Positions 1-11,927 of a stretch of DNA of 61,734 bases are shown here, one piece after another. A program made the translations under genes and the position numbers. The notes beneath the pieces were generated by a model. That model searched no databases and had not been told where the DNA came from. It was given only the letters and a program-made list of their open reading frames with translations. Within the stretch, counting starts at the first letter, position 1. Every line of letters starts with the position of its first letter. The DNA is from Planctomycetota bacterium (GTDB lineage: Bacteria > Planctomycetota > Planctomycetia > Pirellulales > Pirellulaceae): the NCBI GenBank assembly GCA_024274855.1, contig JAJSAJ010000012.1:1-61734 (forward strand), read 5' to 3'.

Positions 1-1614
1 GGACGAGCGAAAGGGACGATCACGGTCGACGGCCAACTGAGCGAAACCACTTGGTCATCCGCTCAGCCAGCGGTGAACTTCTTGGATCAGAAACAGCTGC
101 AGCTTGCATCCAATGAGACAGAAGTACGCATTGCATTTGATGACGCAAAGCTCTTTGTCGCGTTCCGATGCCTGACGCCTGCTGACGACGAACGGATCAT
201 TTTCGGAATCACGAGCCAGAAGGGGAGCAAAGAGAGTCGGCATTGGATCATTGGACAAGATACCAAAGCCCGGCCACTTCGCTTTATCGTCGTAAAGCAC
301 GGGCAGGCCACGAAGTTCGAAGAAGGAAAGAGCCAGACGAAAATCAAGACAGCAACCAACAGCGGCATTTGGGGTGTTGAAATGGCGATCCCACTCAACG
401 AACTGGGGTTTAGATTGACCGCCGGCCGAAGTTGCCTTGTGCAACTCGCCCGCCAGTCCAAGGCCGAATCGGTTGCCTTCGCCTCATTGCAGGGTGCTCC
501 GGTATACGAGATCGAGCATTTTGTGCGGGCCGATGTGACCAACGACACAACGCCACGAACACCAACTCAAGTCACTTTAAAAATAGACGTTCCGATCATG
601 CGTCACGAAACCATGGGGACTGGTTCCGGGACCGTAATCGGCGGTCAACTATGTCTGCTGACGGATCGACCGTTACATCACGTCCGCGTCTCCGTGGCCG
701 CGACCGATGGCGTTCGCGATTTTGGCAAAAAATCGTTTCCCCCAAGCGAACGCATGTCACTAATCTGGAGGCCGAACGTTCCGTTTGCCATGCGGTTTTC
801 CGAAGAAGTTCCCGGCGTCGTCGCTCGGTTTACTGTCACCACCGATGAAGGCGTTTGGAGTTTCGTGCGGCGTTTCGGTGCGCCTCGACGGTCGTCAGAG
901 ATTCCCGCCGACCTCTTTACCGATGGAGTTGGCCAAGGCAAAGCGCTGAACCATCCCGTCTGTTTCCCGGCCGTCGGGTAGGCCGACATGCCGTGGCCAG
1001 AGGGCACAATCGAGTTCTGGATCAGACCAAGATGGAAGTCTAAACCACAACTCGATGGCCCACGTGGCAACCTGCAGCATGCGCTGGTTCACATGGGACC
1101 CATCCGGCCCGACCATCCGACGCTGCTGAACGTCAATACAATTGGACTGATTCACAGTTCGAGCGGCTACCTGGTCGGTTCGTTGGCCAGTTCCCGATAT
1201 CGGCATCGAAGTGCCTCGGCAAGTGTCGCGGATTGGAAGCCGGGCGTCTGGCACCATGTCGCCATGCAATGGAAACTGAACGACGAATCCGGAACCACCG
1301 TGCAGCTCTATTTCGACGGTCAAAGGGCCACGAAACAGACCTACGCGTCCCCCAAAAAGACGGCTGCACAACCGCTGAAGGCCACCAGGTTCCGACCGGC
1401 CGTCCAGATCGGGTCGATGAATACCGGCATTCGCCCGGCCGATGCTGCCATCGATGAACTGCGCGTTAGTTCAGTTCGGCGGTATGCGCACGACTTCGTG
1501 CCGCGCAAACGCTTCTCCGGCGACACGAAGACTCTGAGTTTGTTCCATTTCGATGGGAACCTTAGGGCCGACATGCCGAGCGACTTGCAGGCCACCGTCG
1601 GACCCGCACAGTAG
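1..1614 (+). CDS. Secreted CBM9/DOMON-like carbohydrate-binding plus LamG/concanavalin-A-like lectin domain protein; 5' end lies outside the window; frame interrupted by one in-frame TAG at 979-981 (track ORFs 73..981 and 988..1614 share frame 1)
   Basis: Frame 1 is open from base 1 (GRAKGTITVDGQLSETTWSSAQ...). The downstream part has LamG hallmarks GTIEFWIRP, WHHVAMQW, LYFDG and IDELRVS. The two pieces are separated only by TAG-GCC-GAC. Confidence 0.6.
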
Positions 1615-1869
1615 TCACAACAGCGGGCTGTTTCAGTCTTCAGCCAATTGCCAATCGACACATACTTGCACGACTTCGCGAGGGAAGCGACAATTAAGTA
1701 CCATCTGGTCGCTGGAGATTTGGCCAGAACTTAACGATCTTTGAGTTCGTAATGGAGGAATCGCCGCATCACATCCCGTGGACGGACGGTCGCAATTCGT
1801 TACGGTCCCAACAGATCGCTACACACCCACTTCATCCATTGATTGAACAAATCGAAATAGGATCACACC

Positions 1870-3186
<1,317 letters not shown>

Positions 3187-3225
3187 TCTTCCGATCTGCG
3201 TTGACGTGGAAGGTAACGGTTACAC

Positions 3226-4860
3226 GTGATCAACCGCCGAGAGTTGTTGGCTTCGTTTCTTGGTGCGGCCGCTTGTGGCATGAGTGGCTGTGGCTCGAGT
3301 GGCCCGCATTGTCCACCAGGACGTTTGGTTGGTGCGGCGGTCGAGCTTGGGCATCGCCTGCGCGAGCGGCCCGTGGTCAATGTGCATGACGATCAGTTGC
3401 AACGTCATGCGATTGTGATTGTCGGCGGCGGCATGGCGGGCCTTGCCGCCGCACGACGGCTGCGTCACAGCGGCATGGATGATTTCGTGGTCATCGAACT
3501 GGAGCAAGACCTCGGAGGAACATCGCGATGCGGACAATCGGCGATTACAGGCTTTCCCTGGGGAGCACACTACGTACCCGCACCTCCGAAGCATTTTTCG
3601 GCACTTGTCAACCTGTTCGAGGAAGTCGGCGCGTTGGAAGGGCGTGATGCGTGGGGCCAACCAATCGTCTCTGAAATCTGCCGATGCCGGTATCCTCAGG
3701 AACGAGTATTCTACCGGGGAACTTGGTACGACGGCCTGTATCTCCGTGCCGGGGCTAGTCAACGGGATCTGGATCAACTGGCACGGTTTCGAAAAGAAAT
3801 TGATCGCTGGATTGCGTGGCGAGACAGCCGGGGACGCAGAGCGTTTGCCATTCCCATGGCGGTCGGGTCGGACGACTCGGAGGTCCGTCGCCTGGACCAG
3901 ATGTCTATGTCCCAATGGATGGACAATCACCGGTTCAACTCAAAGCGTCTGAGATGGTTGGTTCAGTATGCTTGTCGTGATGATTACGGAACGCACCCCG
4001 ACCAAACAAGTGCCTGGGCCGGGCTGTTTTACTTCGCTGCTCGGCCCGCTTCACCCGGTCGCCCATCGCCGGACTACATCACATGGCCGGAAGGCAACGG
4101 ACGTCTGGTTCACCACATGAGCCGACCGATCGCCCGGCAGGTCCAGTGCGGCTGGGCAGTTACGTCGATTCGTCCCGGTAGGGTGCCGGACCGACCGCGG
4201 ATCGAATTGCGTGCGATCAACCACGCGGGGGAAGTACGCGGTTACCTCGCTAAGAAAGTGATCGTGGCAGCCCCGCAATTCCTCGCGGCTTTTCTGCTGG
4301 ATTCGTATCGAGCCGATTCGTCGGCGCCCGCCGGCTCGTTCCAATACGGAGCCTGGGCCGTGGCCAACCTGACGCTATCCGAATTACCGAAGGAACCCGG
4401 GCTGCCGATTGCCTGGGACAACGTACTGTATGAGAGCCCGTCGCTCGGTTATGTCGCAAGCAGTTACCAGCGTGGTCGCGATTTCGGGCCCGCCCTCTTG
4501 ACCTATTACTACGCTTTGTGCGACCGGGGGCCCGGCGTGGCCCGGGAGAGGTTATTGGAAGTCGATCGTGAAGGCTGGGCCGAGATCGCTCTGAGTGACC
4601 TCGAACGACCGCATCCGAGTATTCGCCGACTGGTTCAGTCGGTGGATGTCATGCGGTGGGGTCATGCCATGGTTCGGCCGGCGGTCGGGTTCATTTGGGG
4701 GGGGACTCGCCAGGCCGCCGCACAACCGATCGACGGTATTCACTTTGCCCATAGCGATCTGAGTGGCTTGCCGCTGTTTGAAGAGGCCTTTTACCGAGGC
4801 ACCTTGGCTGCCGAGGCGGTCATGCGAGAATTGGGCCGGACCGTCCAAACCGTCTTGTGA
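3226..4860 (+). CDS. FAD/NAD(P)-binding oxidoreductase, amine-oxidase/desaturase-like, probable Tat-lipoprotein
   Basis: IVIVGGGMAGLAAARRL dinucleotide-binding motif. N-terminus RRELLASFLGAAACGMSGC combines an RR motif with a lipobox-like Cys. GTG start. Confidence 0.7.
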   Translation: MINRRELLASFLGAAACGMSGCGSSGPHCPPGRLVGAAVELGHRLRERPVVNVHDDQLQRHAIVIVGGGMAGLAAARRLRHSGMDDFVVIELEQDLGGTSRCGQSAITGFPWGAHYVPAPPKHFSALVNLFEEVGALEGRDAWGQPIVSEICRCRYPQERVFYRGTWYDGLYLRAGASQRDLDQLARFRKEIDRWIAWRDSRGRRAFAIPMAVGSDDSEVRRLDQMSMSQWMDNHRFNSKRLRWLVQYACRDDYGTHPDQTSAWAGLFYFAARPASPGRPSPDYITWPEGNGRLVHHMSRPIARQVQCGWAVTSIRPGRVPDRPRIELRAINHAGEVRGYLAKKVIVAAPQFLAAFLLDSYRADSSAPAGSFQYGAWAVANLTLSELPKEPGLPIAWDNVLYESPSLGYVASSYQRGRDFGPALLTYYYALCDRGPGVARERLLEVDREGWAEIALSDLERPHPSIRRLVQSVDVMRWGHAMVRPAVGFIWGGTRQAAAQPIDGIHFAHSDLSGLPLFEEAFYRGTLAAEAVMRELGRTVQTVL

Positions 4861-5036
4861 GCATGGCCTGCTCGCGACGCAACCATGTTGCACATATTGG
4901 TCCCGTCCATTGACAACCGGCCACGGATACGAAAAGATGCGTTTGTCTCTGGGGGCTCGCCCGAAGAGCGTTACCCGAATTTGAGCGGGCGCGTCTCCTG
5001 GCGAACCGCGAAAGCGAAAAAACCTCGGTGCGTCCC

Positions 5037-5061
5037 GGCTCAGCAGGAGCTTCGCCCTCCC
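5037..5061 (+). repeat. REP-like 25-mer GGCTCAGCAGGAGCTTCGCCCTCCC (family copy a)
   Basis: Identical to 58071-58095. A degenerate complementary arm may lie at about 4983-5007. Confidence 0.5.
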
Positions 5062-5093
5062 AAGTCAACAACCGCCAACCATTTCCCGGACAG

Positions 5094-5534
5094 ATGCTCG
5101 TGACACAACCACCCGCCAAACACGATTCCGAAGAGGCTGCATGCACCAGTTCAGCGATCGGACGGCATCTGTTGGTTGACATGTATGGAATTGACGCTGC
5201 ATTGCTGGCAGATGGAGCCGAATTGGCCAGAGGGTTGCGTGGCGCATTGGTGTCGGCCGGTTTTCACGTGGTCGGTGACGCGGTGCATGAGTTTCCGGGC
5301 GCGGGCGCGGGGATAACTGCGTTTTTTCTGTTGTCGGAATCCCATGCAGCCATCCATACGTATCCCGAATACGAGTATCTGGCACTCGACATCTTCTCGT
5401 GCGGCAGTTCGAATCCTGAAGAGGTGCTGCTCCAGTTCCGGAGTTTGCTGAATCCCCAATCGATCGAAACGATATGGCAAGGTCGCGGGAATCCCAAGTT
5501 ATTGCAGTTCGGTTCGGAACATGATACAGAATAA
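5094..5534 (+). CDS. speH: S-adenosylmethionine decarboxylase proenzyme (small class-1 pyruvoyl enzyme)
   Basis: FFLLSESHAAIHTYPEYEYLALDIFSCG contains the Glu-Ser self-cleavage site and the conserved core. 5094 is the first in-frame ATG upstream of the conserved GRHLLVD. Confidence 0.8.
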   Translation: MLVTQPPAKHDSEEAACTSSAIGRHLLVDMYGIDAALLADGAELARGLRGALVSAGFHVVGDAVHEFPGAGAGITAFFLLSESHAAIHTYPEYEYLALDIFSCGSSNPEEVLLQFRSLLNPQSIETIWQGRGNPKLLQFGSEHDTE

Positions 5535-5579
5535 AACAATGACGTGCTACATGATCTGTTTTCACCAGGAGACGTTGCG

Positions 5580-6320
5580 ATGCGATTCGGCTTATTGTTC
5601 TTGACGTGGAGTCTGTTGATGGTTTCGACTGACGAGAGTTTTGGAGAGGAAATCAAACCGGGTGAACAGATAGCCTGTTCACTGCAACTCGGTGCCAACG
5701 GAGATTCGCAAAAGGCGGCCACGATTCGATATTGGCTGTTCGTGCCGGCCGATTACGAGAAGCGAACCAATTGGCCGCTGATGCTGTTTTTGCACGGGGC
5801 GGGCGAGCGAGGCCAGGACTTGGAGCAAGTGAAAGCGTGGGGGCCTCCAAAACGCGTTGCGACGGAGAAGAACTTTCCATTTGTCGTGGTATCGCCGCAA
5901 TGTCCCAAAGGTGTCTATTGGCATATTGAGCATCTTGCAAAATTGGTGGATCACATCGCCAATACATGCAAAATCGACAAACGTCACATGGTGGTTACGG
6001 GGTTGAGTATGGGCGGTTTTGGAACGTGGCGAATCATTGCCAGATACCCGAAATTATTCGCCGCGGCCGCCCCGATCTGTGGTGGTGGCGATGTCGAAGA
6101 CGCGCCGAAAATGACACAGATCCCCATTTGGGCGTTTCACGGCGATGCCGACTCAACCGTCCCGGTGCAGCGCACACAGGAGATGGTCGATGCCGTGAAA
6201 CAGGCCGGTGGGGACGTCAAACTGACCATCTATCCGGGCGTGAGCCACAACAGCTGGTCCGCGACATATGCCAATCCCAAGCTGTACACGTGGCTGCTGT
6301 CGCATACGCGCAAACCGTAA
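5580..6320 (+). CDS. Secreted alpha/beta-hydrolase (phospholipase/carboxylesterase or dienelactone-hydrolase-like esterase)
   Basis: Signal peptide MRFGLLFLTWSLLMVS, LFLHGAGERG, nucleophile elbow GLSMGG, FHGDADSTVP. AGGAGA lies 7 nt upstream of the ATG at 5580. Confidence 0.7.
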   Translation: MRFGLLFLTWSLLMVSTDESFGEEIKPGEQIACSLQLGANGDSQKAATIRYWLFVPADYEKRTNWPLMLFLHGAGERGQDLEQVKAWGPPKRVATEKNFPFVVVSPQCPKGVYWHIEHLAKLVDHIANTCKIDKRHMVVTGLSMGGFGTWRIIARYPKLFAAAAPICGGGDVEDAPKMTQIPIWAFHGDADSTVPVQRTQEMVDAVKQAGGDVKLTIYPGVSHNSWSATYANPKLYTWLLSHTRKP

Positions 6321-6435
6321 CGGACGTTTGCCTCATTTATGAAACAAACCGTTAAGAAGAAATCGGAACGCTCATCTATCCTGTTCGCCACCAAACCCTA
6401 ACCGGACGAGCCGGAACCATTCAGAAGTGCACTCC

Positions 6436-6487
6436 AGAAGCCGCCTGCTTCAGCTGGCGGAGCAGTCCCGCAATAAACCTACCCGGA
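6436..6487 (+). repeat. 52-nt dispersed repeat, copy 1 (second copy at 41351-41402), bracketed here by the 9-bp inverted repeat GTGCACTCC/GGAGTGCAC
   Basis: AGAAGCCGCCTGCTTCAGCTGGCGGAGCAGTCCCGCAATAAACCTACCCGGA matches 41351-41402 with 4 mismatches. Intergenic, between convergent genes. Confidence 0.6.
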
Positions 6488-6797
6488 GTGCACAAACGTC
6501 GCGAAGGTCCAAACGTTCTTTTTAGCGTTGGAGTTACGTCGCAAATCGAAGTGCCTGAAAACATCCTTGCCATTTTGCGCGGAACTTGCCCCCTAGGGGT
6601 CTCACTGCGGACCGAGAGGCCATTCAAAGTCACAAAGACGATAGACCGGTCTGTTGTGACCGTTCACACAGGTTGCGGCCCTACGGCTTCGTTTCCTGGG
6701 CGATCATTCCGCGACTGCGGCGGACAACGGGTGTATTCCAGCCTCTCATTGCCAAATAGGGGCGCACCAAGCAGCCCCGTCCGACCCCATTACCAGC

Positions 6798-8669
6798 TCA
6801 CTCGGCAACGATAATACCATTGTCGATAGCCTGTTTCAGTACCACCGAGTCGACTTGGATCGAGGTATGATCGTCCAGCACGAGCTTCCCTGTTTCCAGC
6901 GATTCAATTTGGCCGCTGATCCAATGGTTGTCGTCGTAGTAGCGGATCCGGTCACCCGTCTTCAGCGACGCGGCTCCGGCCGACTTCCTGGCCGCCGGCT
7001 TGGCGTTGCCCGCGGGTTGCTTGTCCAGCAGTCCGGCTAGTTCCTGAAGCAGACGCCAGTTTTCGAGACGGTCCTGTCGTGCACTAAGCAACGTGTCGCT
7101 CTGGTTGCCCCCTTTGTCAAACTGTTTGGCAAAACGTCCCTCGCTTCGAGCGAAATCAACAAAGTCGACCGTCTTGCTCGTCTTGGGGTTGGTCCACCAC
7201 GGGTCATTGACGGCAGGATTCCCTTTCAGTGAGAGTCGTTGGCGAATCGTATCGCCCTTTCGGGGATCGTAGACCAACAGGGGAAAAGCACGCGAATCGA
7301 CGGCAAGCCGGGCCTGGTTGGTTGCCATGTTGTCCGCCACGCCATGTTCCGGCTGGCAGGTCGTATAGCAACAGACCAGAGACGGGCCGTCGAATGAAAG
7401 CGCATCGATGATACTACGGTAGAAGTGGTTCATGTGAGCGGCCGTCGTTTGCGCCACATACGTACGAGGGTGCATCATCGCGATCTGGGCAATTTCTTTC
7501 CGCCGTTCCTGTTTGCCGGAAACGACCTTGCCATGAAGGCTCATTTTCGCGTTCTGCCCAGTGAATGTCCCGGTAGAGGCTTGTCCACCCGTATTGGAGT
7601 AGACTTGGGTATCGAGCACAAACACATTGACATTCATGCCGGAGGCGAGCAATCGGGAGAGGGCCTGGAATCCGATATCGAACATCGCGCCATCACCACC
7701 AATGCACCAGATCGGCCTATCCTGCCAGCCCTGTTGATCCCACCGCATACGTAGTCCGGCAGCGAAAGTCGCCACATTTTCAAACAGCGAATTACTCCAC
7801 GGAACCAGGTAGGGATTGTATGGATAGGTCGATGTGTAGACCGTATTGCAACCTGTTGCGGCCAGGATCCCCCAATCGTTGCCAAACTGGACACCGGTCG
7901 CCGCACACATCATTCGCAACGCGGTCCCTTCACCACATCCGGCACAGCTGCCGGCCCCGCCGACGTAGACATGCGACTCTTCCTTCAACATCATGTCGAC
8001 CAACAGATTGTCACTGACAAACTGTTCATCAGAAGGTCCGATCTCCTTGAAAAATCGGTGACTTTTTCGAATCGTCTCCACAACCTTATCGGTCTTGGTG
8101 ATCATCTTCAGCGCATCGTCGCCGCAGACCGTAACACATTCCGCACAGCCTTTGCATTTGGCCGGATCGATAATGATCGTGAACTTGCCACCTTCTCCCG
8201 TTTTCTTCTTCGGGCCGGCGTAATACTTACGGGGCTCGGACCACTGGCGCGCAAACATATCGCGATCGGCCCCGTCAGGAATCTTGCTCAAGTTCAGCTT
8301 CCATTGCTCTTCGCCCTGCACCTTACCGAGAATGGCCGTATCGGGGCACAGAGTAACGCATTCCATGCAGCCGGTACAATTGCCTGGAATATATTCCGGA
8401 ATTTCCGGGGCAACATAGCTGAAGTCACGAAGTGCGGCTGTTCCGACAGGGATCAACGATCGCGCCGTCGCCAGATCGGCCGGCAGTTCTTTCTCGGCCG
8501 TACCGTTTTCATACGCTCGTATGACCGAGTCGTTAAAGGCGCGGACATCGAGCACCGGCAGATCGATAAGTCGATACTCCTGGTCGACCAGCGTGCCATA
8601 GGAGCAGTTATTGTACGGATCGCGCTCGCTTGGCGCGTTCATCGATTTAGGGTTCTCGCCGGAAGCCAT
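6798..8669 (-). CDS. Pyruvate/2-oxoacid:ferredoxin oxidoreductase, ferredoxin-domain plus TPP-binding (beta-like) subunit
   Basis: Two 4Fe-4S motifs (CTGCMECVTLCP, CKGCAECVTVCG). TPP-binding region GGDGAMFDIGFQALS...VLDTQVYSNTGGQ. Confidence 0.8.
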   Translation of the reverse strand: MASGENPKSMNAPSERDPYNNCSYGTLVDQEYRLIDLPVLDVRAFNDSVIRAYENGTAEKELPADLATARSLIPVGTAALRDFSYVAPEIPEYIPGNCTGCMECVTLCPDTAILGKVQGEEQWKLNLSKIPDGADRDMFARQWSEPRKYYAGPKKKTGEGGKFTIIIDPAKCKGCAECVTVCGDDALKMITKTDKVVETIRKSHRFFKEIGPSDEQFVSDNLLVDMMLKEESHVYVGGAGSCAGCGEGTALRMMCAATGVQFGNDWGILAATGCNTVYTSTYPYNPYLVPWSNSLFENVATFAAGLRMRWDQQGWQDRPIWCIGGDGAMFDIGFQALSRLLASGMNVNVFVLDTQVYSNTGGQASTGTFTGQNAKMSLHGKVVSGKQERRKEIAQIAMMHPRTYVAQTTAAHMNHFYRSIIDALSFDGPSLVCCYTTCQPEHGVADNMATNQARLAVDSRAFPLLVYDPRKGDTIRQRLSLKGNPAVNDPWWTNPKTSKTVDFVDFARSEGRFAKQFDKGGNQSDTLLSARQDRLENWRLLQELAGLLDKQPAGNAKPAARKSAGAASLKTGDRIRYYDDNHWISGQIESLETGKLVLDDHTSIQVDSVVLKQAIDNGIIVAE

Positions 8670-8813
8670 CGGCTGGGCCTTTCTATGTAGTCAAACGATT
8701 TTGTGCGGTGTCAATTCTAAAATCTGGCTCAATACGAAGCAGGTACGGTACAGATCGGCATCAAAACAGCCACGGCAATCAGGCTCGGACGCTGCACGGA
8801 ATCCGGCATCATG

Positions 8814-10832
8814 TCAGGGATCCTGCTGTATGATGCGGCGATCGACTTCCTTCAACTCGCTGTACCCCCGTTGAACACACGTCATGTTATCTCGAACGAC
8901 TTGCTCACCCCGCTTTCCGAAATACTTTCGCAGCGCTTTTTCGACACCGGACAGCACCTGCTCGTCCGACATGCCACTGTTGGCCGCATACGGCGTTAAC
9001 TTCAAGAAAGCGCCTAAGGTGACAATTCCCTGCATGCGCATCTGCAAGTCGGGAACCGAAGCTACCTCTCGAGCAATATGAACCATGTCAACAAAAAAGA
9101 CGCGGATGCTATTCTCGCGGATCGTCTTGCGGTGGTGTGGCGGCAGGTGAGCCCAAACGTCCTCTGGGCTCTCCAGCGGTGATTGCATGAAGATTGCCCC
9201 CTGATCAACCAACCCCTTCAACGGATTGCCGCTGAAGAGCGAGTTGACATCGTTCAGGATCACCAAATCGACACGATCCAATTCGCTGTGCGTGCTGACG
9301 TGCGAGTCGGCGATGGTCAGGTAGTAGGTAGTCGGCAGCCCCTTTTTCTCCGATCCGTATTTCGGATAGGCCTGCACGTCTTTGCCGAAAACATCTCCGG
9401 CTATCGACGCGATGACTTTGTTGGTCGTCACCGATCCGAATCCACCGACGCTGTGGCCGCGCATTGAAAAACCACCAGGCGGCCGCAAATCGGGCTCCTC
9501 TTTCACATAAAGCGCCAACGGATGCTTGATTCCCAGACAAAAATACTCAAGACCGCCGCCACTCATGTTATGGAACGTGGCGATCAGGTCACCAGGCCGC
9601 ACATCCCGACTGCCCAGACCGGCGGAGCCATGATAGATCATCGGGATCCGGTCGATCTTGGCATGGCCCATCTGGCCGTTCAGTGCGTCGCAAAATGCGG
9701 CTTTGACTTCACGCGTCAGCGAATTACCGGTTGATGAAAGCGGATCGTCCATCCGTTCCAGAATGGCTATACCCTTACAGTGCTTCAACGCCTCGACAAT
9801 CTCATGCATGGGGAAGGGACGGTAACAGTAGATGGTCAGACATCCGGCCTTCACACCCTGTTGGCGCAAATGATCGACCGTCACCTCAGCGGTCTCCATG
9901 TAGCTGCCCATGCCAACCAGAACATACTCCGCATCTTCACACCGATACGGGGCCAGCAAACCATAGCGACGGCCTGTCTTTTGGGCAAACAACTCGATAG
10001 ACTCGAGCAACGCGTCGCCGACGCGGTCGACATACGCCCGCTGGGCGATCTTGCCCTTCATGTAAGAGTCCTGATTCTGAACGGTTCCCGACATCAAGGG
10101 ATTCTTGGGATCCAGAAGATTGATAAGCTTGTCACTTGGATCCCCCACATAATCTTTCATGAATTCGGGTTCAGGAAGCCTGACCGTTTCAACCGTGTGA
10201 GTCGTCAAGAATCCATCCTGAATACTCATAAATGGAGTTGATGTCGCCTCGGCCGTTCGGCGCGCAATCAAAGCCAAATCACAGGCCTCTTGGGCGTTTC
10301 TGGCAAACAGCATTCCCCAGCCGACATCCGCGACACTCATGACATCGTCATGGCCGGCATGCACATTCAGCGAATGGCTGGTCAGTGCGCGAGCACCAAT
10401 ATGAAAAACAACAGGCAGGCGTTTGCCGGAAATCGTGTAGAGCACCTACTTCATCAGGACCAAGCCCTGTCCGGACGTGAAGTTGGTGACTCGCCCCCCC
10501 GCCAAAGCGAACCCTTCGCAAAAGGATGCGGATGAGTGTTCACTTTCGGGCTCGAAAAAAACCAGAGAATCTCCCCATAGGTTTTTCTTGCCGTTGTTTA
10601 CGGCCGCATTGTATCCCGAACCCATCACGGTCGAACTGGTAATCGGGTACGCTCCGGAACCATGTGTAATGTGAGTTTCCACATGGACGACAGCTTCCGA
10701 ACCGTCACAGGTCACGGGAATGCCCGGATATTGATACTTGCGTGCTGGTTGCTCCTGCACGGGAATCTCCTGATCCTCATCCGAACGTCGCTTCTCAGTA
10801 TTTGAAAGGGTCTGGCTCATTGCGCCGCTCAT
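8814..10832 (-). CDS. Pyruvate/2-oxoacid:ferredoxin oxidoreductase, alpha/gamma-like subunit; interrupted by an in-frame TAG at 10446-10448 (track ORFs 10446..10832 and 8814..10445 are one frame)
   Basis: The minus strand reads CTG ATG AAG TAG GTG CTC TAC, giving ...FTSGQGLVLMK*VLYTISGKRLPVVFHIGARAL. This stretch is contiguous and conserved in PFOR domain I. Confidence 0.75.
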
Positions 10833-11927
10833 TCAGTTAGAAGTTGCCTAGTGGAATGGCGGTCATATTGAACCGCCTGTTTTGAAAAAGACGTCGGCTG
10901 GCCTGACCGAGCCCGACGTCAACGGCCACTCGACGCGGTATCGAATCCGTTTGATGACTCCATTTCGATCCGTCTCCTGCGTCAGGTACGCGACTGGGTT
11001 GAAACAGCCACTTGTCCACTGTGGAGGGACATGCACCGGGTCCACTCCCATGGAAGATCCTCGCCGCGGCCCACGGTCATCCCCCCAACGTGGTCACCAA
11101 CCGCATTCAAACCGCTCGGTACGTTCAGACCACCGCATGAACAGGGTAATCCGGACCGCCCGTTGCGTCCAAGCCCCGTGCTCGGAATAGATCGACCGAG
11201 CGGCGTCTTTGGGCGAGTGCGCGCGGACACCATGATCGCATTTTAGCAGAACCGGCCGATCACCGCTTCCCCAGAAAGTCTTGGGGGGCCGGTCGGGCAG
11301 AGGGAGAAACCGAGAACCGGGTGCACGGCCAATCCCGGTGGCGCGTTTCCCGTCGCCGCGTTACCGCCTCTCCCCCCCAACATCAACGACAGCTCCACCG
11401 CTTCGGACCAACACCGAGAACCGACGTAAATCATGCATTGAATATGCGTTACGACGATTCCCAAGAATCGCTTACTGCTAGCCCATGGGCCATTTGCCGC
11501 CGGACCAGCACGTTATGCCAGCATCACACCACCAGGAGCCGTCGCGAGGTATTGAGGTGGCCGGCATCGCACTGCCACCCGACTCGGAGTATACTCAACC
11601 CGTTTGGGGGTCGGTCCTCCCGTCTCGACCGGCAGCTTGTACTTGCGTGCGGCGACACAGCTTCGTCCAACGGACATCATTAGGTGTGCGTCCCCTTGCG
11701 AGTTTTCGGGGACGGTAAACGGTGAATCGAAAGCGTCACTTTGATTGCAGCCAAAGGCCGTGGTGGGGCCTTCGTGGTCCGTACCCTATCCGGCAATCAA
11801 ATCCAGACGGGTTTTTCCATCTTCCAGGGGAAATGCGAGCACGGCAGGAACGACTCCTCCACAAAGAGGCGTCCCGCGAGATCCCGATATTTCAGCGTCA
11901 ATCACCGCGAACGCGGAGTGCACGACG

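Noticed and set aside
8670-8813. A sixth in-frame interruption, joining the two PFOR genes into one NifJ-like polypeptide
   Set aside because: The start of the downstream gene is in the same frame as the upstream stop. However, the 48 intervening codons contain a second stop, show no PFOR-like sequence, and are followed by a plausible RBS and ATG. A genuine two-subunit arrangement is more likely.
10833-11927. RNase P RNA, tmRNA, SRP RNA or a TPP/cobalamin riboswitch in the long intergenic region
   Set aside because: I could not find the conserved core motifs of any of these families on either strand. The region is left as an unexplained non-coding stretch only.
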